This document shows positions 44,581 to 57,900 of a DNA stretch of 64,000 bases, in pieces. The stretch is taken from assembly GCA_009103225.1 (NCBI GenBank), contig RHPI01000560.1, positions 664,524 through 728,523 of the forward strand. The letters run 5' to 3'. The stretch comes from Chlorokybus atmophyticus (lineage: Eukaryota; Plantae; Mesostigma and Chlorokybus algae). The notes below the pieces were generated by a model, which saw only the letters and a list, made by a program, of their open reading frames with translations, was not told where the DNA came from and ran no database searches. Position numbers and translations under genes: made by a program. How positions within the stretch are numbered: the stretch's first letter is position 1; every line of letters begins with the position of its first letter.

Positions 44581-47123
44581 GGTCAGTCCCTTTATGCAAA
44601 TGGCCGCCAACTAATGGTGCCGGCCGTTATGCTCAGGTCCCTGTATCGAGATCACCGGTAGTCTGAAGGTCGACAGTCTAAATGAGTATCCTCAGATGCA
44701 CGGCCGTTGCTAATATTCAGTCGGCCGGCAAGGGAAACATTTTGCGACGGTCGCAAAATGTCAAAATCTGATAAAGAATTTGTGGGTGTGGTGGTAGGCG
44801 ACGTGGAACAATCCGACGATGAAGACATGGACAACCAGCTGCTGGAGATGGCAGCCAAGCGAGACATTTATGCTCTATCGAACTCGCAATTGAAGTGGCC
44901 ATGGCAAGCAAGTCGCTGAACGTTTGCATCAACCAAGTGTGTGAGTGCATGCATGCTTGCATCGCAAGGTCGCCCGCATTGCTTGTTGTGCTTTAGGCCT
45001 GCAGGGCTTGAGGAGAGTGCTCGAGGAGCTGGTGGACCAAGCAGCCGGGGAAGTCCATGTGTGTAAGCTGGGTGAAGTGTGTTGTTCAGTGAGCACACAT
45101 TTGCCCAGGCGTAATGTCTAAAATTGTGGATGACACTTAGAAAGAGATGAGGAGAAAGTGCCAACAAAGTAAGGGTGGGGAATTATGTGTGCGCCTATGT
45201 GCTGAATTGTTTGTTGTTAGTTACATGCGGAGGTACATGCGGATTGTGGTATGCGTCGTAAGTGAAGGTTACACATCTAACGCACATACGCGCGTGCACT
45301 TACGGCAGTCTGACATAAATGTAGAGGGGCGACGACACCAGCCGAGCCATTGCAACATCGGTGTCGAGGATGCTGCAACACCACATACCTTATATACCCG
45401 CGTTTGCGCGGCTGAGATTTCCTTTTGCTAAGCTTGATGCATTGGTTGCACTTAAGATGCACTCACGTAAGTAAACATTCAATTGACACGCTTCAACCAG
45501 AGCCGCTCGTCATGGACTCTGCACTTGTTACGACCGTAGCGGACTGCAATATGGTAAAAGACGTAAACCGTCATCGCAGTGCAGTGAGATCGGCACAACA
45601 AACCAAACGCTGTCGTTCAACGCTTGCATTACCTAGCAAACCGCGCATAGTGCCCGCATTGCGCGATCTCAGGTAGGCAACCGACCTGTAGCGCAGCTGG
45701 TGGGTTGCCCTGAGTCTCGCTTGTTCAGAATCTTTCAAGGCATAGTCAGCTTGTAAGCCTTGTTTTTTGCATGCTTAGTATCGCGTGCCAACCTCGCAAG
45801 CGCATGGCACACCTCAGCGGCACCGAGCTCGGTTTGCGTGTGGCGATAGACCACGTCCACAACACCTGTAAACTGCTCCCCTAACAGCTCGCTAATAGTA
45901 TCCTGCTCAAGCAATCCCTTTTGTTGGTTTGGAGCAATTCAGATAAGGCTTCATCAGCAGAACTGTCTCACACGTACCTTAGACAAAGTGTTGAAGCTTG
46001 ATGAAAGCTATCGGAATCGTCAACACTCGTTGCCATGTCAAGACAACCAGGTAGCCGAAGAGGTGTGGTAGTCCTTCGTGTCAGCAGACACCTCTTGACC
46101 CTAAGGTGTGTCAACGCTGGTGCACTCACTTATAGCTACAGGCTTTGGATAACCCCATGGCTTATCAGCGCAGCCATACCTGCTGCCACGAAGTACAAAG
46201 AACCATTACACTATGATAATGGACGCAACACAGATTTGATGCCGATGGGAGCGAAGAAGGACAAGGGCGTGCATGCATGCGGACAACCCAAACACTTGTC
46301 GCTGTATGAAACTGCCAACGACAGTCATGACAACGACAACTACCACAACAGCGACCAAAACTGAGAAGACACAAACACTGTACGTGCTGTGCGCAAGATG
46401 AGAAATGGTTGAGCATGGCTTGGTTCTTGGCATAGCGCTGGTCTTCGCCCCCAAAACTCAGCACTGACGGATGTTGTGTTTCCGTTATGTTGTTGTATTG
46501 TAAGGGCAAATGCACAGGGTGTAGGACAGTACCATGGCAAGCATGAAACACCATAAACAACCACCACAGCAACCACAATTACATAACGCCCGTTGGAGCC
46601 TAGGGGCTGCGGGGCAAAGTGCACATGCACATGTGAGCAGCAATGTGCAACAGTCCCAAGGGCAGAGGGGGCGAGGGGGATCAATATACATNNNNNNNNN
46701 NNNNNNNNNNNNNNNNNNNNNNNNNNNNNNNNNNNNNNNNNNNNNNNNNNNNNNNNNNNNNNNNNNNNNNNNNNNNNNNNNNNNNNNNNNNNNNNNNNNN
46801 NNNNNNNNNNNNNNNNNNNNNNNNNNNNNNNNNNNNNNNNNNNNNNNNNNNNNNNNNNNNNNNNNNNNNNNNNNNNNNNNGGGGGAGGGGATTGCACACC
46901 TGTATGACATAGAGCCGCACCTGCACACCCGCCGCCGCCGCCTGCCCAAACCGCCCTGACACCTCTGCCCGAAGCACTGCATATGTGTCCGGTTAACAAG
47001 ACTTTAATTGGAGAAGGAACTTCTCGGTTTATGGTTACATCTAACCGGCTCATCAGGCCAACGTACCAGGCTGAGGGTGGGGGCGGCGACGGCAGGCGGC
47101 GGGGTTGGGCCAGGATTGCGGGG

Positions 47124-49443
47124 ATGGGCGAGGGGGACGATGACGAGGAGGCGGTAGTAGCGGTTGCCAGCGATGCGCGGGAGGACGAGGAGGGCTTGGT
47201 CGTCAAGGGCGTGGAGGACGGTGACGGGACAGCGGGTTTGCTAGAGCCATTGCTGGCCGGGTCCACACCATCACCTTCACCTTCGTCGTCTTACTCCTCC
47301 TCCTCATGGGCGTTGTTCTTGTCTGCGGTGGCCACCCTCTCCCTTTTCCTGGTAGGCTGCTCCATCCTGCCGCTGCCATGGGCGTTCGCCCGCTGCGGCT
47401 TGGTCCTGGGAGCGCTGATCTCCCTCGCCGTCGCCGGCGCAAACTACTACACGTCCAGGTTGCTTGTACGCCACGCCTCACCTGATGCCGCCAGCTATGA
47501 GGAGCTCTCACTCAAAGCAGGAGGGCCTGCCCTACGCCTTGTCGCCCAGGTGGGCCTCCTATCGCAACGTGATTGCGTGGGTGTGCTCGCGTATGCGTGC
47601 GTCAGTTTGTTTGACTCTGTGTACGCTTGCTTGTTAGGAACACATGCACCGACACACGCGTCGGTGCATGTGTTCCTGTGCATGCACGCGCGCGTGCACA
47701 TTGTGTTTCTGAGCTTATCCAAAAGTTTGGCGTACAGTGCCATGCTATCAGAATCCCTTGTTTTGCCAATTTGCAGCAGTACAAAAGCCCACGCGCGTGA
47801 CCATTGAACCATCAACATTCCTGCTAGCAAGCACTGCACGCGAATTGTTGCTGGTTTCCTCTTGTTGTTGGCCGATTTAGCATGCTTTCTTTGGCTGTTG
47901 AACAGATCTTGCTGAGCTAGCAACATGCGGCCGCGATCCACAGGCATTTAAAGTAGACATGACATTGCGTGCGTGCGTGGGTGCGCATGCGTGCGCGTCC
48001 CTATACGTGCAACCCACAGATCCTTACAGTAGACATGTCAGGCACTCCCCCCCCCATGCACGCGCGCGCCCATGCCCACGCCCACTCCCCACCCCACCCA
48101 CCCCACCCTCCTCCACGCAGGTCAGTCTTGTCCTCCTCCTCTTCGGCACAATCTGCGGCGACCTGGCCGTGATTGCTTCCGTCTCCTACTCCGCCGCCTC
48201 CCAGGCGTTGCCTTCCGCTCCCTCCCGTCTGCGCGCGTGGGTCGTGGGTCCCCCCGAACACGAGACCTCCCTGAGACTGCTCCTCTTCGCCACCGCCGCC
48301 ATACTGCTGCCGCTGTCGCTGCCGAGAAGAGTGGACTCGCTGAGACATGTGGGAGCGGCGGCCATGGGGGTACTGTTTGTCATCATGGGACAGGTGAGTG
48401 TGTGAAACTGGTGAGCTCATGATTGATCTTCCTCTGTGTGCTGTGGCAGGTTTTGATAGCATGTCTTACGCGTGGTTCACTGTGCCAACATGTGATACAC
48501 TTCACTGTACTATCCTGTTACTTAGTTTCATCATCGATGTGAACTGGAACTTGCAAGTGTATTAGTTCACACTTGAAATTGTGCTTTACTGTCTATGTAC
48601 TACACTGTGCTACTATTGTACATGGGCATACAGTTTGAACATATACTAAACTTGAAACTACCGAACAGTTCTATCATGGAATCGAATGTAGTATGCTTGA
48701 TAGGCCAATGTCTCAAGTGTTTCCTTGTTCATACACAGGTTGTAGTTGATTCATTGCGTGCGGGGCTGCCGGAGTTTGCATGGACTCGCGACGTGTTGTG
48801 GCGTGTGGATGCGCGAACACCTCAGGCAATTGGCGTGTTGGGTTTTGCATTTTATCTACAGCCGGGTCTGCCGCCTATTTCGCGCGAGTTGCCACCCGGC
48901 AAGCAGGGGAAAAGGGTTCTGATATCGGCGCTGACTGTGACATATGCTGTGGGAACATTGGTGTACATATCTGTCGGCGCGTTCGGGTTCTTGCGCTTTG
49001 GGCAAAAGACGGGTGGCAACATATTGGCGATGTATAGTGGCAGGTGGGCCGTAGCTCTCGATGTGGCTTCCGCCCTTTACGTGTCGACGGCTTTCCCGCC
49101 GATAGTCCACGCGTTGCGATACACTCTTGATGAGTTGATAGCGGGACCAAACCCAACATTTTCTCTCTTGAGACACTTGATGACCACAATCGTGCCCGTC
49201 GTGGGGGGGCTTTTCATCGCCATAAGTGTCCCGAATGTGGAGGATTTGTTCGCGTTTACGGGTGCCACGGCCGTGTGCTTTGTGTGCTATATACTACCCG
49301 TTGTCATCCATCTTCGCCTGGAGCGTGAGGATGATACGCATCTACATGGCGTGGCTCTTCAGGTGCTTGATAAAGGCTTTGCATGGCTTGTTATGATTGC
49401 GGGCTGCATTGTCAGCCTTGGCAGCTTGTGGTCTCTGCTCTAG
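47124..49443 (+). CDS. Amino-acid transporter (Aa_trans / SLC38, AVT6-like), 3 exons
   Basis: Acidic N-terminus with EPLL; LVGCSILPLPWAFARCG; ASYEELS; LLLFGTICGDL; LLPLSLPRRVDSLRH; IGVLGFAFYLQP; GFLRFGQKTGGNIL; FAFTGATAVCFVCYILP. Exons ~47124-47549, 48121-48393, 48739-49443. Confidence 0.92.
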
Positions 49444-49826
49444 TGTAGTGTAGAATATAGTACACTATACGACTACTTTGTACCAGAGAAGATGTGTGTG
49501 TGTATTAGTATTGCTGTTGCAACAGCTCTGTACAGGTCGTCACGCACATGCAAGTTTTTGGCAAGTAATTGTGTATAGATTGGAAAGTTGGTAGCATTAG
49601 GCAGGGCTGCAGTAGTTGTTGATAGCTGCGCGTATATAGGCGAAGTCACAACACAAGAAGCTGTGTTGCGCATTGCAACAATATGCACTTGTGTTGGCGT
49701 TATGTGCAACTGAACCAGAACGCAAGTGCCCAGTCCCAGCATAACACAGCAGCATACCTTTATTATACAACTGTACAGAACTGTACAGGCGGTACTACAA
49801 CCTCACATTGCAGTTTCAGCAATGCG

Positions 49827-51503
49827 CTACAACTTGGCGTGCTGTCGTACACGCACAACACGTGCAGTGGCGAGTATTCGCTCAGCATCGGCCTCCAACG
49901 ACGCAAAGTCCACCTTATTCGGCGCGTTCTCTTCGCTCTCGACTGTCCTCTTTGCCACAGCCATGCCGAAAGCTATGGCCTCTTTGACATCACACCCGCG
50001 CGAGAGCATAAACGCCGCACCCGCGACTAAGCTGTCACCCGCGCCGTTCACATTGACAACATGGTCAATGTTGGGTGCTGATAGAGCCACAGTCACGCGT
50101 GTGTTCGCCACAAGTGCACCTTTGCTGCCCAAAGTCAACACAACCGTCTTCACGCCTGTACCAAGCAGAGTGTCGATATCATCAGTATAAGTGGTATCAC
50201 CCCGGGACGGTGATATTGCGTCTGCCATGGCTCTAAGCTCCTCCTCATTGGGCGATATGTAGCTGACTTTGGCGAGGATATCCAACCCGCGGAGTGATTT
50301 TGTGCAGCTGACGGGTTCGAACCACACCGGCACGCTTGCTTTGGCAGCGACATCGCACGCGGCCTTAAGGGCTTCTTTGGATAGATTGGCGTCCAACACT
50401 ACCACCCTTGCACTTGATATTACCCCCGAGAATTTTTGAATCCACTCGGCTGTCACGAAACGCTGCACTGTGGTGACGTCTGCCACGGCAACGTGAAGTC
50501 CACCTGAATGAGAGGGAGAGAACAGTTGTCATATGTATGGCTACAGTTGACAATGATGGTGCGCGTGCCGTCAGTGGCAGTTGTGTGCGTAACTTGAGAT
50601 TGCATGCTGGCTGAGCAGTAGATCATACATTTCGCAAATTGCATGTGTGTACACACGTGAACACACAGACACACACACATGTGCGGGTGAGCACGCGCGC
50701 ACGCATGCACGCATAGACAGAAGGAGAGAGTGTGCGCGTATATGCGCATGCACCGTTGAGACACACAGACACACATATGCACACACGCGCATACACCCAT
50801 GCGCACGCGCACCAAATCCACACGTGTCAAGCACACGCTGTCTCACCTCCATGATCGAACACGCTCGCCACCGCATCCGTCCCCGCCTCCCCCACCCTCC
50901 TTACCCCCTGCGTCCCCACCCCCAGCTCGCTGAGTCGCCCCACCAATGCCGACCCGGCCTCGTCCTCACCGACCGCGGAGATGAGGGAGAGACTGACGGG
51001 GGTACATGAAGAAGAGGAGGAGGAGGAGGAGGTGGATGTGGAAAATTGAAGCAGAGATAGGCACTCGGCTATGTTGCGAGCAACGCCACCTGGGGGGGAG
51101 TGTGTACGTGTGTGCGAGTGTCCATGCATGCATTGCGTGGAGTGCAAGAGCAGCAGGTGCATTCGCGCGTGCGCATGCGCGTGTCCGTGCGCACATGCGC
51201 AACTTTCACTTGTGTGCGTGCGCGTGCATGCGTGCGTGTGCGTGTATGCGTGCGCGTGTGTTTGTGCTGTTGCCTCGTTTCAGTCCTAGGCGTCCCATTA
51301 CCGTGCGTGAACCGAATGGTGCCCGGGTTGGATGTGCCCAGCGCGAGGGGTTGTGCATTGCCGCCAGAGTCGCCTCGAGCGGGAGCGGCCTGGAGGTCCA
51401 GCACGGCACCGCCAACTAGCACCACACTCGCCTCTCTGCTGTTGTCGTCGTTGTCGTGGTGGTTGTTGCTGTTGCTGTTGCTGTTTTCCCGGGCACGAGG
51501 CAT
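49827..51503 (-). CDS. PUKI: PfkB-family pseudouridine kinase (PUKI/PsuK-like) with PTS1
   Basis: VVLVGGAVLDL..GTSNPG..|GGVARNIAECL..SAVGEDEAG; TAEWIQKF..VVLDANLS..VPVWFEPVS..K..ISPNEEEL; VVLTLGSKGAL; NVNGAGDSLVAG; ends AKL*. Start ATG assumed at 51503. Confidence 0.88.
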
Positions 51504-52059
51504 TGAGGCCACCTGTATGAAGTGTCACCATAACCAGTTTCAGTGCGTGATTTGCAGTTTGACGCCAATGATGAATATCTTCTTGCGTGGTTACAAAGAC
51601 AAGCACGACCATAGCGACCATCACGACAGTAACAGCAACAATAAGCTGCTGTTGGGCGCAGTCGGTAACTGCTTCTCAGTGATTCCACTTATCAGTCAAT
51701 AAACACAGACAAATCACCTGCACAATCCATGCAAGACCACACACACGCAGTTACCTGTTGATTGTCTACAGCAGCAGAAGCAATCAAACAGTGCCCAGTG
51801 CTGCCCAGAGCCGTAATAGCAGCGGCGGCAGCGGAAGAGAGAAGGAAGGACAAGGAGGACAAGAAGGAGGACGACGACGACGACGACGAGTATGACTCGG
51901 TGCTGTGCAGCCTCAAGACACGCCAATTTCGCCGCCGCGGCCGCCGCCTGACCAGGAGGACAAGGCAATGAGGCAAAAACCTGCCTCTCCCAGGCGACGG
52001 TGAAGGAGGTGGCGGAGGAGGAGGAGGCGGTGCAGGGGGAGGAGGAAGAGGAGGAGGAC

Positions 52060-54932
52060 ATGGTGGACGAGCAGGCGGAGGCGGAGCTAGTGGCTCTGCG
52101 TGCGGAGAACGCCGCGCTCCGGCGGCGCTTAGCGCAGCTTGAGCGGCAGGTTGACGACAAGGAGGACAGAGAGGAGCACAGTAATGGCGGCGCAGAGGAG
52201 GGAAGAGAAGGCGAGGCAGCTACTGCAAACCGGCAAGGTTAGAAGACACACAATCCCACAACACAAAGTTATACATAACACCAATACACAAGGCACTGCC
52301 GGAACAATGCAAGTCCTTGTCCGTGCACCTGTTGCGTTTTGCGACAAACATGTGAACATGCGCCACCACCAACAAACCGCTCTATGTCAACAACTTGCAT
52401 GTGTGCATGTGTATGCTGATGTGTGTTGGTCAAGAGTGACAGGAGTACTTGTCTACTGCGTGTACACGGTTACAACAGACACACACACACGCATGGTGTC
52501 GCTCAGTAGTGAGTATGCAGATGAGCGATGTTGGGCATGCATCTTGTGCTACACGGTACGTGTGTGCATCCTTCAACAGTACTACCATATCAACCACCAA
52601 TTCTGTTTCGCTGCGCTCAGACCCAACACTTCCCAATGGCAACGGTGATGCTGGCAGCAACCCCGCACCCCGTCCCGGTTGGGTGAGCGGCGCCGCGCTC
52701 AGCGCCGAACAGATCGCGCGGTACAGCCGACAGCTGGTGCTGCCGGCATTTGGAGTGGAAGGTGGAGCTCTTGCATGCGTGTACGTGTGCGCGTGTGTGA
52801 GAGGTGTGTTTGGATTGTGTGATAATGGATGATGTGTTTGTTGTGTGTTGTATGGCAGCTCAGGCGAGGCTCGTGCGTGGGTCGGTGCTGGTGGTGGGTG
52901 CCGGCGGCCTTGGCTCTCCCGCGCTTCTGTACCTCGCCGCCGCCGGCGTAGGTAACACCATCACTAACATGCTGATCATGGTCATCGTGGTCATCATCAC
53001 CGTTGTGATTGTTTGAATATGCTGGTTGCCATGTGCTATTTGCAGGACGGATTGGCATATGTGACCATGATGTGGTAGAGATCAGCAACCTCCACCGACA
53101 AGTGAGCACTGGGTTGCATGCAACATAACAACTACGCGGATTGATTGCTAGCCACTTCAATCACACACATGTGCAAGCTCGTATACCGGCGCACAGGCGC
53201 GTGCATGCACACATGTGTTGCACCGACGCACATCACATCACACTCAATCATGCGAAAGCACAGACGCATATCCACGCACACGCTCGTTCTCATTTTCACA
53301 CTCACACGCACCCAGGTGATCCACGAGGAGTCCGCCGCTGGCTCTTCCAAGGTCTCTTCCGCCTCCCTCGCCTGCCTCTCTCTCAACTCTTCAATAACCG
53401 TAACTCAGCACGCCCACGCCCTGACGCCGGCCACGGCGCTGGGACTGGTGTCAGAGTACGACGCCGTGCTGGACGCGACGGACAACGCGGACGCGAGGTA
53501 TCTACTCAATGACGCGTGCGCGGTGATGGGGAAACCACTCGTGTCAGGTGAGAGAGAGGAAAGGCGTGTTGTGCTGGGGTGCAAGGAGACAACAACAGCA
53601 ACAAGTGTTTGGTGCAACAAGCGTTTCGTTTGAGTGCAGGTGCGGCTCTCGGCACTGAGGGTCAGCTGACGGTGTACAACTATACTCCCGGCAACAACAG
53701 CAGCAGCAGCAGCAGCAGCAATGGCGACCAATACAACAACAACGAAGACAACAAGAGGGGTCCTTGCTACCGTTGCGTGTTCCCGCGCGCGCCGCCGGCG
53801 GGCGCGTGCCAACGTTGCGCTGATGCGGGGGTGCTTGGCGTAGTTCCTGGCATCATTGGCACATTGCAAGTAAGAGAGGACATGTTGTTCAGTGCGAGCG
53901 GTGGGAGGGAGTTGCTTGCAAGGTTGTTGATGTTGGGTTGTTGCTGTTGTTGTCAAGGCGCTGGAGGTCATCAAGGTCCTTGCGGGCGTGGGTGACGTCC
54001 TCAGCAGGAGGCTTCTGCTACTAGACGCGCTTGCAGGAAGAATACAAGTGGTCAAGTTGAGAGGTACACATTGTGTGCGTGTGCGTATGCTTGTGCGTGT
54101 GCGTGTGCACGTGTTTGCGTGCATGCACACGTGTGGTTGAGTTTGATTGCAACAAATGTTACCAACAGGACCTGATCCCAACTGTGACGTGTGTGGTTCC
54201 AACCCCGTCATCACGCGCGAGTCCCTCCCACGCTACCCCTACTCAACGTTCACGGCGGGGCAACCCGTACCCTCCTCTTCCTCCTCCTTCTCCTCTTCCT
54301 CATCACCAACATTCTCCTTCACGCCAGCGCCGCCATTGCAGCGCAAAGACTTGAAGGATGAAGAACGAACAAGACCTGAGGAGTATCACATTCAAGTCAT
54401 GAACAAGGTGCGATTGTTGGGTGGGTGTGGGTTGTTAACAACATTCACTGATGCGTGGGTTGTGTGGTTGGATAGGGTGTGAGGCACTTGTTGTTGGACG
54501 TGCGGCCAAGGCACCACTTTGCAATTGCGGCGTTGCCGCACGCGCGCAGCGTGCCGTTGTCGGAGCTGCCGGGGAGGATATCGGAGGTGATGCGGGAAGC
54601 GGGGGGTAGCGATAGCGATGTTGGTCAAGAAGAGCAGCTGCCTGTTTACGTGATATGCAGACGCGGGAATGACTCGCAGCTCGCTGTGCAGGTGGAGCTC
54701 TAGTCATAAAACTATTGTCTGTGAGTGTGCGAGTGTGTGTGTGCCCGCGCGCGTGCGCACGCGTGTGTGCTTCTGTGTGCATGTGCAGGTGTGTGGCTCG
54801 TATCGGTTTGTTATTTGATGTACGATTGTGTGGCAGGCGCTGCGTAAGGCCGGGTTGCATCGGGCAAAGGATATCATGCGTGGATTGGAGGGTTGGCGCA
54901 GCCAGGTGGACCCAGCTTTTCCAAGCTACTGA
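52060..54932 (+). CDS. MOCS3: MOCS3/UBA4/CNX5 adenylyltransferase-sulfurtransferase, 10 exons
   Basis: N-terminal coiled coil; ARYSRQLVLP; VLVVGAGGLGSPALLYLAAAGVG; DHDVVEISNLHRQ; DATDN..RYLLNDAC; GPCYRC..CQRCADAGVLG; CDVCG; rhodanese LLDVRP..CRRGNDSQ..GLEGWRSQVDPAFPSY*. Confidence 0.95.
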
Positions 54933-57900
54933 AGTGAACTGAATGATTATGCGGATTGTCATCAAGTGGAAAATTGGTGTTGAGTGTAACGCTGGATGAC
55001 GGCTGCTGGCGTTCAGTCCACAACTACAGACGATGAGTGTCATACTAGGACTGCCACAAGTACACATTACTACGAGACAATAACGCTTGATATTGTCTTC
55101 AAGACACTTAGCATACAATGTGGGCAGCCATGTATGCATCGGTTGGCGCAATGCTGTTTGCTCCTTGTGCAGTTCCATATTGATACTAGGACTGAGTAAT
55201 GTTGACCGAGTCATTGAAGAGAATTGAACATGTTGTATGCATTGTGCACGATGTGAACAACATTTCCTCGCGCAAAGCATAGTCAATTGTATTACACTTG
55301 TACACAAAGACCAAAATCTCCTGCTTAGACTACTGTCCTATTGTGCCTACTGTCCTACTATACAAATTACTACACTACTATCCTAGACTATAGTCCTACT
55401 GTACGCGTATCCCCATCCTGTACCACTCTTCACATTCCGAGCACACCACTGCCAACAACATTAACATCTGATGCTGCATATCTTGCGCTGGAGGCTTTGT
55501 GGGTCTATCACGACTTAGCGATGAGGTAAATGTTGGCGGATGCACCAACATGTGTGACAATGCAATCCCGTCATGCTATAACAAAATGTAACTGTACAAT
55601 CAATGTTTCCCCACGATTATCGCAGTTTAAGAGCGTCTTCCAGCCATGGTGTGCTCAGCAGCTACTCCTTCAGCCCACATCTATGGATGAAACACAACGG
55701 CATACAATTACCAACTCAACCAACCGACGCATGATCATAAGATAGCAGTGCAAGTTTATAATATATAAGCATACTGGAGCAGCAGCACCACAATGCAGGG
55801 AGATAACCTTCATTGTCGTTTTGCAGATTATCGACAACAACACTAGCACTGCCACTCACATCATCATTACTCAATATGGCATGCAATCATGTCCATACGA
55901 TTATAGACAATTGTTTTCAATATAGCTCATATCAACACATGTCCATTCACTCTCGCACTCGCACACTCTGCACACACAACCTTCAAGTCACGCCGTAGCC
56001 AGCACCAACCCTACCATGGTCTACACAAACTTACCACGTGATTAAGCCATACTCCGTTGAATGTGCCATCGTGGACAGGGACCCGTATGAACCTGCCCGG
56101 CAAATTGATACCACGCCTATGTGCATCATTAGCAAGGAAAACAAAGGCACAGAGGAGACAAGGCGACCACCACAGCAACTCCTGCGCAGCAAATTGCTTA
56201 TTTACCAAGCTGTAATAAATAAATGCGGCATGTTGGCAACCAGCTGACAAATGTATTTCAACAATGCGAATGATGCAAATAAGCTTACATTATCAAGGAT
56301 GCAATGGGAGACCAAAATGCAAGAATTGGGTAACTTGAAACTACACTATGAACGCAATGACAAACAGCACAAATATGCTTGAAAACCCACATGGCAACGC
56401 TAGAGGGTGCAAAAACAGCAAACTGTTGCAGCCATCACCAGCCCAAAGCCCTTGCCCGTTGGGCCACTACAATTCAAGTTGGTTGAGCTTGTAGCGCTCA
56501 AAAAGCCTTAAGCGATCTACCTCATTACTTGTAACACAATGTCCACAACGTACTCGCAGCAATCGCCTGCCTTGCAAGTCTTTCACAAAAGGAGCTTTAT
56601 CATTCAACATCCTGAAAGAAAAGTGTTTGTGCATAGCTATGAACAATACTCATTACTTAATGTGGGCAACATAAAGACTCGCTTGTTGTCGCAATGATGT
56701 CAAAAAATCAACCCTATATTCACTTGTGACGACATGTTTCACCTTAATAATGATTGCAACGCCATTAACTTCATCATGTATCTATCAAGCATAATAAATA
56801 TCAAGTGCAAGTAAAGGCAGTGCAAGCAACGAGTTTGACGCAAAGTAACCTTGATGTCCTTGCTCTGTAATTGTTTCTAGCAAAGGCATCTTTGGTTGGG
56901 ATTGGGAGCCATACGCGTCAAGCCGCTTGACGCCATACTCCGCAGCTTGCTTCTTCTTGACCCGCCATGCACTTAATAAAGGCTTTGTGTTTTTTCACCT
57001 GCATGATATATGTCATAAACCAACAACAAAAAACAACAACTTGAACACAACAGAGGTAAGCAGTATTCTTACTTGCGCATAAAGCGGGGTCTTGTCTAAT
57101 CGGACGAGAACTACTCACCGCCATCTCACAACCGCACACCTTATACAACATACACTCAACACAGCCTTGAATTTTTAAAAAAAAGTTCAACCCCGCAACA
57201 GTGTAGCCGTTGCAATTGATGATGGCTTTTGAAAATCGCATGTAAAAAGTAAGACATACATCAATTGCACATAAAGTTTACAGCAAGATGGGGGTTGATA
57301 AACTTACTCCGCTCTTACAGATGAAAGGGTAAGAACGACGTTTCCATTCCGTTGGGATAGACACCCCTCTCCTCATGTGGAAGTATCAGGATGACATTGT
57401 CAACCTATGCTGTTTGGGGTTGTGAGTATGACGCTTGCAAGGGGAGGGTTCACAAAAGATGAAAAACACAAGCAAGTCAACATTAATCCGCACCAACATA
57501 CAAGCAACAGGCGCACAAGCCCGAAGTCCGAAAACCGACCTGCTCCCGCAAACATTCATAACTGCAGGTGACGTGATTGTTGCCGTCCGCGAGGCTGTAG
57601 GTTGCCATATACATATAAGTATAAGTATATAAGTATAAGTATAAGTGTAGTATGTAGTAAGTTTAAGTATAAGTATATAACGCGCCCGCTGCCGCATTTG
57701 TACAACCTTTTGTTGGCCTGCACACACGTAAACTAGCCATTCAGTTAGCACGCAACATGAGCGCACATGACAGCATGATGGTTAATTAACAGTACAACCA
57801 ACAATGAGAAGGCCGACCTCAAAACACCAGACGAGAAGGCTCAAAATTGCCGTGAACACATCATGTTGGGGTTATGATAACCCCAACATGCTCTACATGT

